A stretch of DNA of 25,576 nucleotides. Origin: Nitrososphaerales archaeon (GTDB taxonomy: Archaea > Thermoproteota > Nitrososphaeria > Nitrososphaerales > Gagatemarchaeaceae). Within the stretch, counting starts at the first letter, position 1; every line of letters starts with the position of its first letter. The notes below the pieces were generated by a model. The model searched no databases. It saw only the letters and a program-made list of their open reading frames with translations, and had not been told where the DNA came from. Of this stretch, positions 8,829 to 16,789 are shown one piece after another. The position numbers were made by a program, and so were the translations under genes. The stretch is taken from positions 1-25,576 of the forward strand of contig JASHVT010000078.1 of assembly GCA_030039515.1 (NCBI GenBank). The letters are read 5' to 3'.

Positions 8829-9005
8829 TTGACCTACGAGATAGCGTGCATGGCTTGTGGCGCCTCTCTCTATTCCGGGTTCGATCTCAAGTCTCCTTCT
8901 GACGTGTTGAAGTCGGTGGACTTCAAATGCCGGAAGTGTGGGGTGAGACTGGCTCCGGCGAAGTACCTAGTCGAGGTGCGAAAGTTGGACGGGTCCTTTG
9001 CCTGA
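8829..9005 (+). CDS. Small Zn-ribbon protein (58 aa)
   Basis: Reads MTYEIACMACGASLYSGFDLKSPSDVLKSVDFKCRKCGVRLAPAKYLVEVRKLDGSFA*, with two CxxCG knuckles. It fills the gap before topA and is absent from the ORF track. Confidence 0.8.
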   Translation: MTYEIACMACGASLYSGFDLKSPSDVLKSVDFKCRKCGVRLAPAKYLVEVRKLDGSFA

Positions 9006-9059
9006 AAAGAGTGCCTGTTGACGCACCCTCAACGTAGCGGGACGAGTCCCTTGCGAGAG

Positions 9060-11120
9060 ATGGGCTATACGTTGGTTGTCTGCGAGAAGCCCGACGCTGC
9101 CAAGAAAATCTCTGAAGCGCTCTCGGGCGGGAAAGCACAGCGGTTCATGGTGGAAGGAGTGACCGTGCACAAGTTTGCCAAGGACGGGGAGAACTATGTC
9201 GTCGCAAGCGTCCAGGGCCATGTCTATGGTCTCTCCGACCCTTTCAAGGAGAGGTCGGTGTATCCCTCCTTCGATACCGAGTGGTATCCGCTGAACCTTG
9301 TCGAGAAGAGCACACGTGCGCGTGCCGCGCGGAGATTGGAGGTCGTCAACAGGCTGGCCAGATTCGCGGCCAAATTCGTGAACGCGTGCGACTACGATGT
9401 AGAAGGAGAGACGATCGGTTTCAATGTCCTCAGGTATGCGCGTCCAGGGAGCGAGCACTCCGCTCTGAGGGCGAAGTTCTCGACCCTTACGACCGAGGAA
9501 CTGAATGTCGCGTTCGGCAGACTCGATAAGGGGGGAGCCGGCCTCGCGAGGGCCGGGAGAGCAAGGCACCTGATCGACTTCGCCTGGGGCGTCAACATGT
9601 CTAGGATGCTCACCAGGTCGGTGAATGAGCGGACGAAGCGCTATCGCACCATAAGCGTAGGGAGGGTGCAGGGGCCGACCCTCAGCTTCCTCACAAGCAG
9701 AGAGAGGGAGATTCGCGAATTCGTACCCGTTCCATACTGGAAAGTCCATGGTCGCTTTGGGGGCGAGAACGGGGAGTTCGACGCCGAGTGCGGAGGCAGG
9801 TTCTTGGTAAAGGCTGAAGCGCTGAGGGTTCTAGACGACTGCGTCGGCCGGGAATCGACGGCGGTTCGGTCGGCGAGCGTGGCAGTCAGCGTGATGCCGC
9901 CGCCGCCGCTCAACACGGGAGACCTTCAGAAAGAGGCGTACAGAGCCTTCGGATTCTCGCCGAGCAAGACCCTGATGGCCGCCGAGAGACTGTACTTGAG
10001 CGGCCTGATATCGTATCCAAGGACTGCGAGTCAAAAGCTACCTCCCACCATCGGCTACAATTCCATACTTCGCCGTTTGGCGGAGTCAGGAAGGCGGTTC
10101 GAAGATGCGTCGGAAATCCTTCGGAGCGAGTCCAAGCCAGTCCAGGGCCTGAAGGAGGATTACGCTCACCCTGCGATCTATCCCACGGCCGGGAGACATC
10201 CGTCAGGAACCTTGGACGCCGGCGAGGATGCTCTCTACGACATCATCGTAAGAAGATTCATGGCCGCTTTCGGCCCGCCTGCTCGCCAGGAGGTCCTGAA
10301 GGTCGACTTCGAGGTGGAGGGCCATACGTTCAGACTACAGGGAAAGAGGACGGTATTCCTGGGATGGATGAAGTACTATGGCAAGTACTCGGCCCGCAGG
10401 GACGATGTGTTGCCGAAGATCTCCGTGGGCGAGAAGCTCAAGGTCTTAGACCTGAAGGTGACGGAGAGGTTCGAGGAGCCGCCCCCTCGCTTCAGTGAGA
10501 GCACACTCCTTGAGAAGATGGAGAACGAGTCGATAGGCACCAAGTCAACCAGGGCAGGCGTCATCTCGACTTTGATACGCAGAGGCTATGTGGGGGGGAC
10601 GAGGCTGACTGTAACGGACTTGGGGCTGTCTGTCGCCGAGCTGATTCAAGAGAGCGCGCCCATGCTTGCGAGTGCCGAACTTACGGCGGTGATTGAGAAG
10701 AGCCTGGACGAGGTCGAGGAAGGGAAGGCGTCCGACGTTCCAATAGTCAGAGATGCGCTGAAGTCGATCGCAGACCAGCTTGTAAGATTCGAGGAGGACG
10801 AAAGACGCGACGTCCCCCTCGTGGTAGGCGATGTGTCGGCGCCCCCTGGCGTCACCCTTGGCAAATGTCCTATCTGCAAGTCTGGGGAGCTAAGAATAGT
10901 GAAATCGGGGAGGACCGGCAAGAGGTTCGTGGGTTGTTCGGCTTACGGCTCGGGATGCAGAGCTTCAGCGCCTCTTCCACAGAGAGGAACGGTGAGGCCT
11001 TTCGGGGCCTGTCAAGAGTGCTCCTGGCCCGTGGTCCGAGTGATGCTAGGCCGCCGCCCCTGGAGCCTTTGCGTCAATCCCGCTTGTCCCGCGAAGGGAA
11101 GGAAGAAAATTGGGCTGTAG
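9060..11120 (+). CDS. topA: Type IA DNA topoisomerase (archaeal TopA/Topo III)
   Basis: It has TOPRIM motifs CEKP and CDYDVEGE, SVGRVQGPTL, the catalytic LISYPRT, and C-terminal Zn fingers. The ORF is open to TTG 9018, with ATG 9060 the likely start. Confidence 0.96.
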   Translation: MGYTLVVCEKPDAAKKISEALSGGKAQRFMVEGVTVHKFAKDGENYVVASVQGHVYGLSDPFKERSVYPSFDTEWYPLNLVEKSTRARAARRLEVVNRLARFAAKFVNACDYDVEGETIGFNVLRYARPGSEHSALRAKFSTLTTEELNVAFGRLDKGGAGLARAGRARHLIDFAWGVNMSRMLTRSVNERTKRYRTISVGRVQGPTLSFLTSREREIREFVPVPYWKVHGRFGGENGEFDAECGGRFLVKAEALRVLDDCVGRESTAVRSASVAVSVMPPPPLNTGDLQKEAYRAFGFSPSKTLMAAERLYLSGLISYPRTASQKLPPTIGYNSILRRLAESGRRFEDASEILRSESKPVQGLKEDYAHPAIYPTAGRHPSGTLDAGEDALYDIIVRRFMAAFGPPARQEVLKVDFEVEGHTFRLQGKRTVFLGWMKYYGKYSARRDDVLPKISVGEKLKVLDLKVTERFEEPPPRFSESTLLEKMENESIGTKSTRAGVISTLIRRGYVGGTRLTVTDLGLSVAELIQESAPMLASAELTAVIEKSLDEVEEGKASDVPIVRDALKSIADQLVRFEEDERRDVPLVVGDVSAPPGVTLGKCPICKSGELRIVKSGRTGKRFVGCSAYGSGCRASAPLPQRGTVRPFGACQECSWPVVRVMLGRRPWSLCVNPACPAKGRKKIGL

Positions 11121-11319
11121 GCTTTGTGGAAGGACCGCCTTGACGGAGGTCTGTGTGTATCACCAGGAGGCCATGGACCGGGTGAAAGCAGCCTATCCCC
11201 TCTGGGTGAAGGCCTACGGACGCCTTGAATGGAAAGATTATTTGGATAGTGTTAAACGCAACGTCCAAACGGGCCAGTGGGTAAGGGAGATAGTGACACT
11301 ATTGGAGGGAACCGGTTGA
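11110..11319 (+). CDS. Small hypothetical Zn-binding protein (C-x2-C-x8-C-x2-H)
   Basis: MGCRLCGRTALTEVCVYH is followed by Trp-rich helices. It overlaps the topA end and the next gene's start. Confidence 0.75.
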   Translation: MGCRLCGRTALTEVCVYHQEAMDRVKAAYPLWVKAYGRLEWKDYLDSVKRNVQTGQWVREIVTLLEGTG

Positions 11320-11723
11320 TAAGACGGGTGTTCGAGTCATGGTATGACAGGACGATAGGAGCGGCCAGGGACTCGGCCAATCGCATGGCTTCATACTTCA
11401 CCAAGCGTGGGAACCTGCTTCAGGTGTTCTACGTCGTGCTCCTAGTAGGCTTCACCGCCGGGTTCATCGACGCGATATTCTTCCCAGTCTCCAGTCAGAG
11501 CTATGTAATCTGGCCCGGGACCGGCGAGCAGACGGTCGCCGAGGCATTCATAGACTTCTTCGTGGTAGCGGTGGGCGGCGGAGGAATCTACCTAGCTTAC
11601 CTCAGCGGGAGGCAGACGACTAGCCCAAGGATGGTAAACTTCTACCTCGCGCTCTCCCTTCTCCTCGTCGCCGTTTCCCTGCTCGCAGGAATAGAGATTG
11701 CGATAATCAAGGGATACGGGTAG
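11316..11723 (+). CDS. 3-TM membrane protein, putative OSTC/DC2 (OST3/OST6 family) homologue
   Basis: It has three hydrophobic segments with AGFIDAIFFP, QTVAEA, GGGG and a terminal KGY, which recall DC2. The TTG start overlaps the upstream stop, and the ORF is open to 11277. Confidence 0.6.
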   Translation: MIRRVFESWYDRTIGAARDSANRMASYFTKRGNLLQVFYVVLLVGFTAGFIDAIFFPVSSQSYVIWPGTGEQTVAEAFIDFFVVAVGGGGIYLAYLSGRQTTSPRMVNFYLALSLLLVAVSLLAGIEIAIIKGYG

Positions 11724-12312
11724 AGAAAGTCCCGCCCGGCCAGAGGCTGCCGCGAAGACAGGTGAACGAAATCGGCGAGCCACGACTGTAGGTAACTCGC
11801 ACAGTCGCGTCTGAAAGGTCCGACATAGGCCTCCCTTTGCCCGACTCCCCTAGCTTCTCCCTTCTGTACATGGTGAGCACTGCTGCCGAACCGTTTGACT
11901 CGGCGAAGGCGGATAGGCTCGCCACCGCATATGAAAGCGTCCTGCTCCTTGAAGCGCCTTCGTTTGAGGACAGGGCGTGGTAGAGCGTGTTCAAACTGTC
12001 TATGATTATCACATCTAGTCCGTCGTCGAACACGGTCAGAAGCTCCTCTTCCATCCTCGTCTCAGGTGAGGGCGTGTGTATCGTTATCGACCCTCCATGT
12101 GGAGGCCTGGCTTGCTTGAAGATCGAGTCTGAGTTCGAAGAGTAAAGAGAGTCGAGGTCTAGGATTCCTGCCCTGTCTCCCGTGCTGGAAAGGAAGTCTG
12201 CGGTGACCGTCGCCAGCGCCAAGTTGGAGTCTCTGTCGTCAAGTATCATGATGGTGGTTCTCCGTCTGAGGGGTCCGAAGAACGAGACTGCGGCATCAGG
12301 CCGAACGCTCAA
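11707..12312 (-). CDS. RecA/RadB-fold protein with degenerate P-loop
   Basis: It has a Walker B-like VIIIDSLNTLY, ILDLDS and a RecA-like strand order, but no GxxxxGK[ST]. Confidence 0.6.
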   Translation of the reverse strand: MSVRPDAAVSFFGPLRRRTTIMILDDRDSNLALATVTADFLSSTGDRAGILDLDSLYSSNSDSIFKQARPPHGGSITIHTPSPETRMEEELLTVFDDGLDVIIIDSLNTLYHALSSNEGASRSRTLSYAVASLSAFAESNGSAAVLTMYRREKLGESGKGRPMSDLSDATVRVTYSRGSPISFTCLRGSLWPGGTFSTRIP

Positions 12313-12347
12313 TAGACTCCCTGAGGCTCGCCTGGCCGTATTAGAGA

Positions 12348-12968
12348 TTGAGCAGGCTTTGCGTGATCACGGCCAGGGCAAGCGCGTATTACGCCCTGGT
12401 CAACAAGCTCAAGCAGGCGGGTCTCTCCTTTTCGAGCGTCACTCCCGATGCTGCGTGGGGTGAATGTGACCTTGTCCTTACAACGTCGGCGGAGGCTTCT
12501 CGCTTCGGAGACAAGGTGTTGTCGCTGGAAGACCTTGACGAGAACCCCGGCGTGTTCAAAGGCCAAGTGCTGGCAAAGCTGAATGGGGGAAAAGACGCGA
12601 TACTGGTCGGGATTGACCCGGGAAAGCGGATAGGTCTTGCCGTGTTCTACGGCGGGACGAAGCTTGCGTTCAGTACGTTTCACTCGGTGGGAACGGTGTC
12701 CTCCAGGGTCGTCAGATTCGCTGAAGCAGTCCCAAAGAGTGGTTTCTCAGTGAGAATTGGGAACGGCGACAGCTCGACGGTCGAGAGTCTGGTCGAGGCG
12801 CTCCGGGGCGCGCTGCCTACGGCGGTTGTAGAGGTCGTGGATGAATCAGGCACGTCGACAAGGACGTCCAAGATGAAGGGGTTGCAGGGAGATGAGCGTG
12901 CCGCGGCCAAGATCGCTTTCAGAAGAGGCAGGGTGGTCATCGATGGTCGGACCAGAACTCACGCGTAA
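12348..12968 (+). CDS. YqgF/RuvC-like RNase H-fold protein with an N-terminal alpha/beta domain
   Basis: Contains VGIDPGKRIGLAV, RIGNG, VVDESGTS and DERAAAKIA. Confidence 0.75.
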   Translation: MSRLCVITARASAYYALVNKLKQAGLSFSSVTPDAAWGECDLVLTTSAEASRFGDKVLSLEDLDENPGVFKGQVLAKLNGGKDAILVGIDPGKRIGLAVFYGGTKLAFSTFHSVGTVSSRVVRFAEAVPKSGFSVRIGNGDSSTVESLVEALRGALPTAVVEVVDESGTSTRTSKMKGLQGDERAAAKIAFRRGRVVIDGRTRTHA

Positions 12969-14799
12969 GGGTTCCAAGGCCATCGGGCCCGAAGTCGCCA
13001 GAAACCAAGTCTTCTCCGAGCCAAGATGGCATCAGTTGCTTCACGGACGCCTGGTCGAACCTCGAGTCCAACAGGACCACGAGCCCTTTCTTGCCAGGAC
13101 GTCTGATGTGCCTCCCTGCGGCCTGGAACGCCTTCCGCGCCGCAGGAAGGAGCGACAGCATGAGATAGGATTCTCGCTCCCCAATCCGTCTCATGGACGA
13201 ATACTCTGTGTAAAGTACAGGAGATGGTGGAGGAAGCGAGAGTCCGACGACTATCACGGTGCCCATCGAAGACTCCTTGAAGTCCTCGCCTTCGGAAAAC
13301 CTCCCCCCTTGGACGGCGAAAAGGACCGAGTTGGGGCGCGAGCTGAATTCATCGAAGATGTCTGACGCTTCTTGGCTCGAGAGTTTCGACGACTCCGAGA
13401 CCAAAGGCCTGCCGCCGAGGTGTCGGGAGGCTGTGCGTCGCAGCTCATCGAGGAGCGCGTAGGACGGCGCGAAGACTCCTACCCCGGAGTCCGTAGCATG
13501 TGTGACAGAGACTATCCTTTCGGAGATCTTCGTGAGCATCTCCGGTGTTCTTAGCTTGAACCGCGTGGAGACGCCCGTGTCCACAACGGTCCTAACCTGC
13601 ACCCGCGGCGCGACGCTGGTCTCGTATGAAGCGACGTTCGAAGGCTTCAGCCCGAGCGATCTGATGAAGACCTCGGAAGGGCTGATGGTGGCTGACATCA
13701 GGACTGCAGCGGCCAGTCCCTTCAGATATCCGTCGAAGTCTCCCACAGGGTCGGGGTCAACGATCCCGAACCCGCCCTGCAATTTCACAAGCACACCCCG
13801 GTTGGATGTCAGTAGTTTGATGATGAAGTCGCTCACGCGAAGAATCTTGGCTGGGAGTCTTCTTTCATAGGCTATCGATCCCCAAGCCGCTCCAGAACAG
13901 GAACTCAGCTCGAAGGCCAGGTTCTGGAGCCAGGGGACACCGTGCGCCTCCCGAATCGCCTGAATGACTGAGTTCTTGTCCAGGAGCCACCCCGAGCTCA
14001 TGTCGCGCACGGCTTTCAGTGACGACTGGAACGCGACCAATGAAGCGGCCGCGTCGTCCATCAGCATGGCCCTCGCTTCCTCTATCGCCGCATCAAGCTC
14101 CCCGGTGCTGAGCGCGGCTGAGTTCGCTCCTCTGAAGAAGTCTCTCAGATTGTGCGCCTCGTCGACCACCAGGATCGCCTTGCTCAGGTCAGGCGAGTCG
14201 CTTCCGAACAAGACGGGAGCGGCTCTCTTGTCGAAGACATAGTGATATGGGACGACCGCCACCTGGGCTTGGACCAATGCAAGCCTCGCGACCTCGTAGG
14301 GGCAGACGTGGACGGATTCGGACTCGCGCATCAGATCCAGGTGCCCGGGTGTAGAGTTGACGGTCCGCTCCACCATGCGGCTGAACTCTTCCCCCACCAG
14401 CGGCACGTTCATGAAGTAAGTGCATAGGTTGTTGCTTACGTTGAACGAACAGTACCAGCCGAACGACTCCTGGGGAATCGACTTCCCCCGCCGCAACAGG
14501 CAGTAGTCGTATTTGGAAAACAGAGCCGCCGCTTTGAACTGGTGCTTCGCCTGGAGCCGGGAGATTTCCTCCACGACTCTCTGGATTTGGCGCTTTGTCC
14601 TGCAGGCGTAGACGATTCTGAAGCCCTTCTCTTCCCCCGCCGCAAGGGCGCCCGTGAGGGCTGCCGCTGTCTTCCCAAATCCGCTCATCGCCTCCGCCAA
14701 CAGAATGGAGTTGCTCGCGCAGGCCTCATAGATCCGTTCGGCGAACTCGCGCTGCCCCGCCCTGAAGGAGCCGTACGCGAACCTTTCCTCCAGGTTCAC
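12937..14799 (-). CDS. xpd: XPD/Rad3 (DinG family) SF2 Fe-S DNA helicase
   Basis: Contains the Q motif FRAGQ, Walker A AMSGFGKT, four Fe-S Cys (YC..YC..LC..CPY), DEAHN, MSAT, GRFSEG and QAAGRHIR. Confidence 0.92.
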   Translation of the reverse strand: MNLEERFAYGSFRAGQREFAERIYEACASNSILLAEAMSGFGKTAAALTGALAAGEEKGFRIVYACRTKRQIQRVVEEISRLQAKHQFKAAALFSKYDYCLLRRGKSIPQESFGWYCSFNVSNNLCTYFMNVPLVGEEFSRMVERTVNSTPGHLDLMRESESVHVCPYEVARLALVQAQVAVVPYHYVFDKRAAPVLFGSDSPDLSKAILVVDEAHNLRDFFRGANSAALSTGELDAAIEEARAMLMDDAAASLVAFQSSLKAVRDMSSGWLLDKNSVIQAIREAHGVPWLQNLAFELSSCSGAAWGSIAYERRLPAKILRVSDFIIKLLTSNRGVLVKLQGGFGIVDPDPVGDFDGYLKGLAAAVLMSATISPSEVFIRSLGLKPSNVASYETSVAPRVQVRTVVDTGVSTRFKLRTPEMLTKISERIVSVTHATDSGVGVFAPSYALLDELRRTASRHLGGRPLVSESSKLSSQEASDIFDEFSSRPNSVLFAVQGGRFSEGEDFKESSMGTVIVVGLSLPPPSPVLYTEYSSMRRIGERESYLMLSLLPAARKAFQAAGRHIRRPGKKGLVVLLDSRFDQASVKQLMPSWLGEDLVSGDFGPDGLGTLTREFWSDHR

Positions 14800-14852
14800 G
14801 AGCTGTGATCTGGTTGCCGTATATTTCCTGCCTTGTCTTCCCGCGAGTAGCC

Positions 14853-16121
14853 CTAGTCTTCCAGGAGACTTGCTGCCGCGGCTTGGACCCTGGGCCTTTC
14901 ATCTTCATCGGTGTAGACCCGGAGCATGTTCATGAATCCCGCGATTGACCCGACCAGAGGAAGTTCGCTCAGCGGTACAATCTTTTCGCTCCACTTGCTG
15001 CCCCCCGGCTTCAGGAGCCTGACCGAAGTCGGCGGTTCCTTCGTATACGTGTTGGGGACAGATGGGGTGGTCGGAACGTCGACGTATATCGACATCAAGT
15101 CCACCCCCGTGGAGTCTGCCAGCTGCTTTGCTACCTGCCGTCTTACCCTTGAGTTGGCTAACAGCTGGCTGAGCGATCTGTTCTCCCGCTGGACCAGGTT
15201 TTCGAAGACGCACTTTACGAGTCTGCGATTCCGGAAGTTCAGTGCTAGATCCCTGGCCTTGCGCAGCTTTCTCGTGGTCGCCTTGAGAGCGATGAGCCTT
15301 TGAAGGACTATCTCGTCGGTGAGCTCCAGATAGCTCTCCAGGTCGTCCAGGTCGGTCAGGCCGAGGACTTCGTCAGCGAGCTGCATCGAATGGACTAGCA
15401 TCAGCTCCGCAGCCCGTACGGTTCTGTGGAAGTACACCGCCTTGAACATCTGGTACCTTGCAAGCAAGAGGGCTTCGAAGGCGTGCGCGGCGGTGTCGTC
15501 CAGCGCCAGGTGCCCACCGGCAATGTGCAGGGAGTCTACTATTCTCTGGACGTCTACTATCCCATACTCGACGCCCGTGAAGTAGGAGTCTCGGGGAAGA
15601 TAGTCCATTATGTCGGCGCTCAGGCCCCCGGAGATGATCTCGTTCACGAAAGGAGGGCTGGCGTTTTCACGGCCGACGCACATTGCGCGCAGTTTCCTTG
15701 GAGAGTGCCCATTTCTCGTCAGTATGTCTTTGACTGCTGTCTCGGCCACAATTCTCTGAGAGATGTCCTCGTGTGTAACGTCTCCCACTTCAGCGAGCAC
15801 CTCCTCGTAGGTGTGAGAGAACGGCCCGTGGCCTACGTCGTGAAGAAGCGCTGCGAGTCGTATCTCTTGAATCTCGTCCTCGTCTAACTCAAGCTCGTCG
15901 GAAAGCGAGTCGGCTATCTGCCCCGCGACGTGCATCGTACCGATGACGTGTTCGAACCTTGTATGGACCGCGCCTGGGTAGACTAGGTATGAGCCGGCGA
16001 GCTGGTGCACCCTCCTAAGCCTCTGAACGAAAGGGGAGTCGATGAGCTCCCGCTCGACCTCGGTCATCTTCACGTATCCTAGCACAGGGTCTCTGATTTC
16101 TCCTACGCTCTTCAGCTTCAA
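14853..16121 (-). CDS. HD-domain phosphohydrolase (COG1078, dNTP triphosphohydrolase-like)
   Basis: Contains IRDPVLG, QRLRRVHQL, HTRFEH, LLHDVGHGPFSH, DIMDYLPRD and VYFHRTVR. Confidence 0.92.
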   Translation of the reverse strand: MKLKSVGEIRDPVLGYVKMTEVERELIDSPFVQRLRRVHQLAGSYLVYPGAVHTRFEHVIGTMHVAGQIADSLSDELELDEDEIQEIRLAALLHDVGHGPFSHTYEEVLAEVGDVTHEDISQRIVAETAVKDILTRNGHSPRKLRAMCVGRENASPPFVNEIISGGLSADIMDYLPRDSYFTGVEYGIVDVQRIVDSLHIAGGHLALDDTAAHAFEALLLARYQMFKAVYFHRTVRAAELMLVHSMQLADEVLGLTDLDDLESYLELTDEIVLQRLIALKATTRKLRKARDLALNFRNRRLVKCVFENLVQRENRSLSQLLANSRVRRQVAKQLADSTGVDLMSIYVDVPTTPSVPNTYTKEPPTSVRLLKPGGSKWSEKIVPLSELPLVGSIAGFMNMLRVYTDEDERPRVQAAAASLLED

Positions 16122-16147
16122 ACGTCGCGAAGGGCTCTACTGGAGTC

Positions 16148-16768
16148 TTAAACGGTTCGGCCCTTCGCGATGAAGGCCGAGACCGCGGCCTTCACTTGGC
16201 CGCTGGTTTCATCGACTCCGCCTGTCGCATCAAGCACCCTCCAGCCGAACCTTGATGCGAGACTCAGGTATGAGCGCCTCGCGCTCTCCTGAAGAGAGGC
16301 GTCCTTCTCATACGTGTCCTTGTTCCGGGTCCTCCTCGAGCTGAGCTTGGCAACGGGGGCGTCCAACACCAAGACTATGTCAGGTTGCGGCAGGCCCTGT
16401 TCAAGACTGAGCAGCCACTCGAGGCCCAGGCCGTTCGAGAGTCCGTAGGCGATGTTCGATGGCGAGTAGCGGTTCACTATTACAGCTCCCTTCCTTGAGA
16501 GGAGGCCCCTAAGTTCGGCGCTCTTCTCCCATCTATTGGCCGCGTAGAGCATCGCTCTTACTTCAGGTACGTACGTCCGTTCTCCGGCTAGGAAACGTCT
16601 GATTTCCCTGCCGATTTCTGTGTTGTAGTCCGGATAAGAGACAGTCGCGGAGTCGAAGCCTTCGGATGCCAGCCAAGAGCCGAGTATGGAGCTCTGCGTC
16701 CTCTTGCCCACCGCGTCGATTCCTTCGATGCAGATGAAGAGCCCGTGCGGAATACCGTCCAATGCCAT
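16148..16768 (-). CDS. tmk: Thymidylate kinase
   Basis: Contains the P-loop IEGIDAVGKRTQ, LYAANRWE, VNRYSPSNIAY and LPQPDIVLVLD. Confidence 0.96.
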   Translation of the reverse strand: MALDGIPHGLFICIEGIDAVGKRTQSSILGSWLASEGFDSATVSYPDYNTEIGREIRRFLAGERTYVPEVRAMLYAANRWEKSAELRGLLSRKGAVIVNRYSPSNIAYGLSNGLGLEWLLSLEQGLPQPDIVLVLDAPVAKLSSRRTRNKDTYEKDASLQESARRSYLSLASRFGWRVLDATGGVDETSGQVKAAVSAFIAKGRTV

Positions 16769-16789
16769 CTTTGAATCCGTCTCCTCTTC

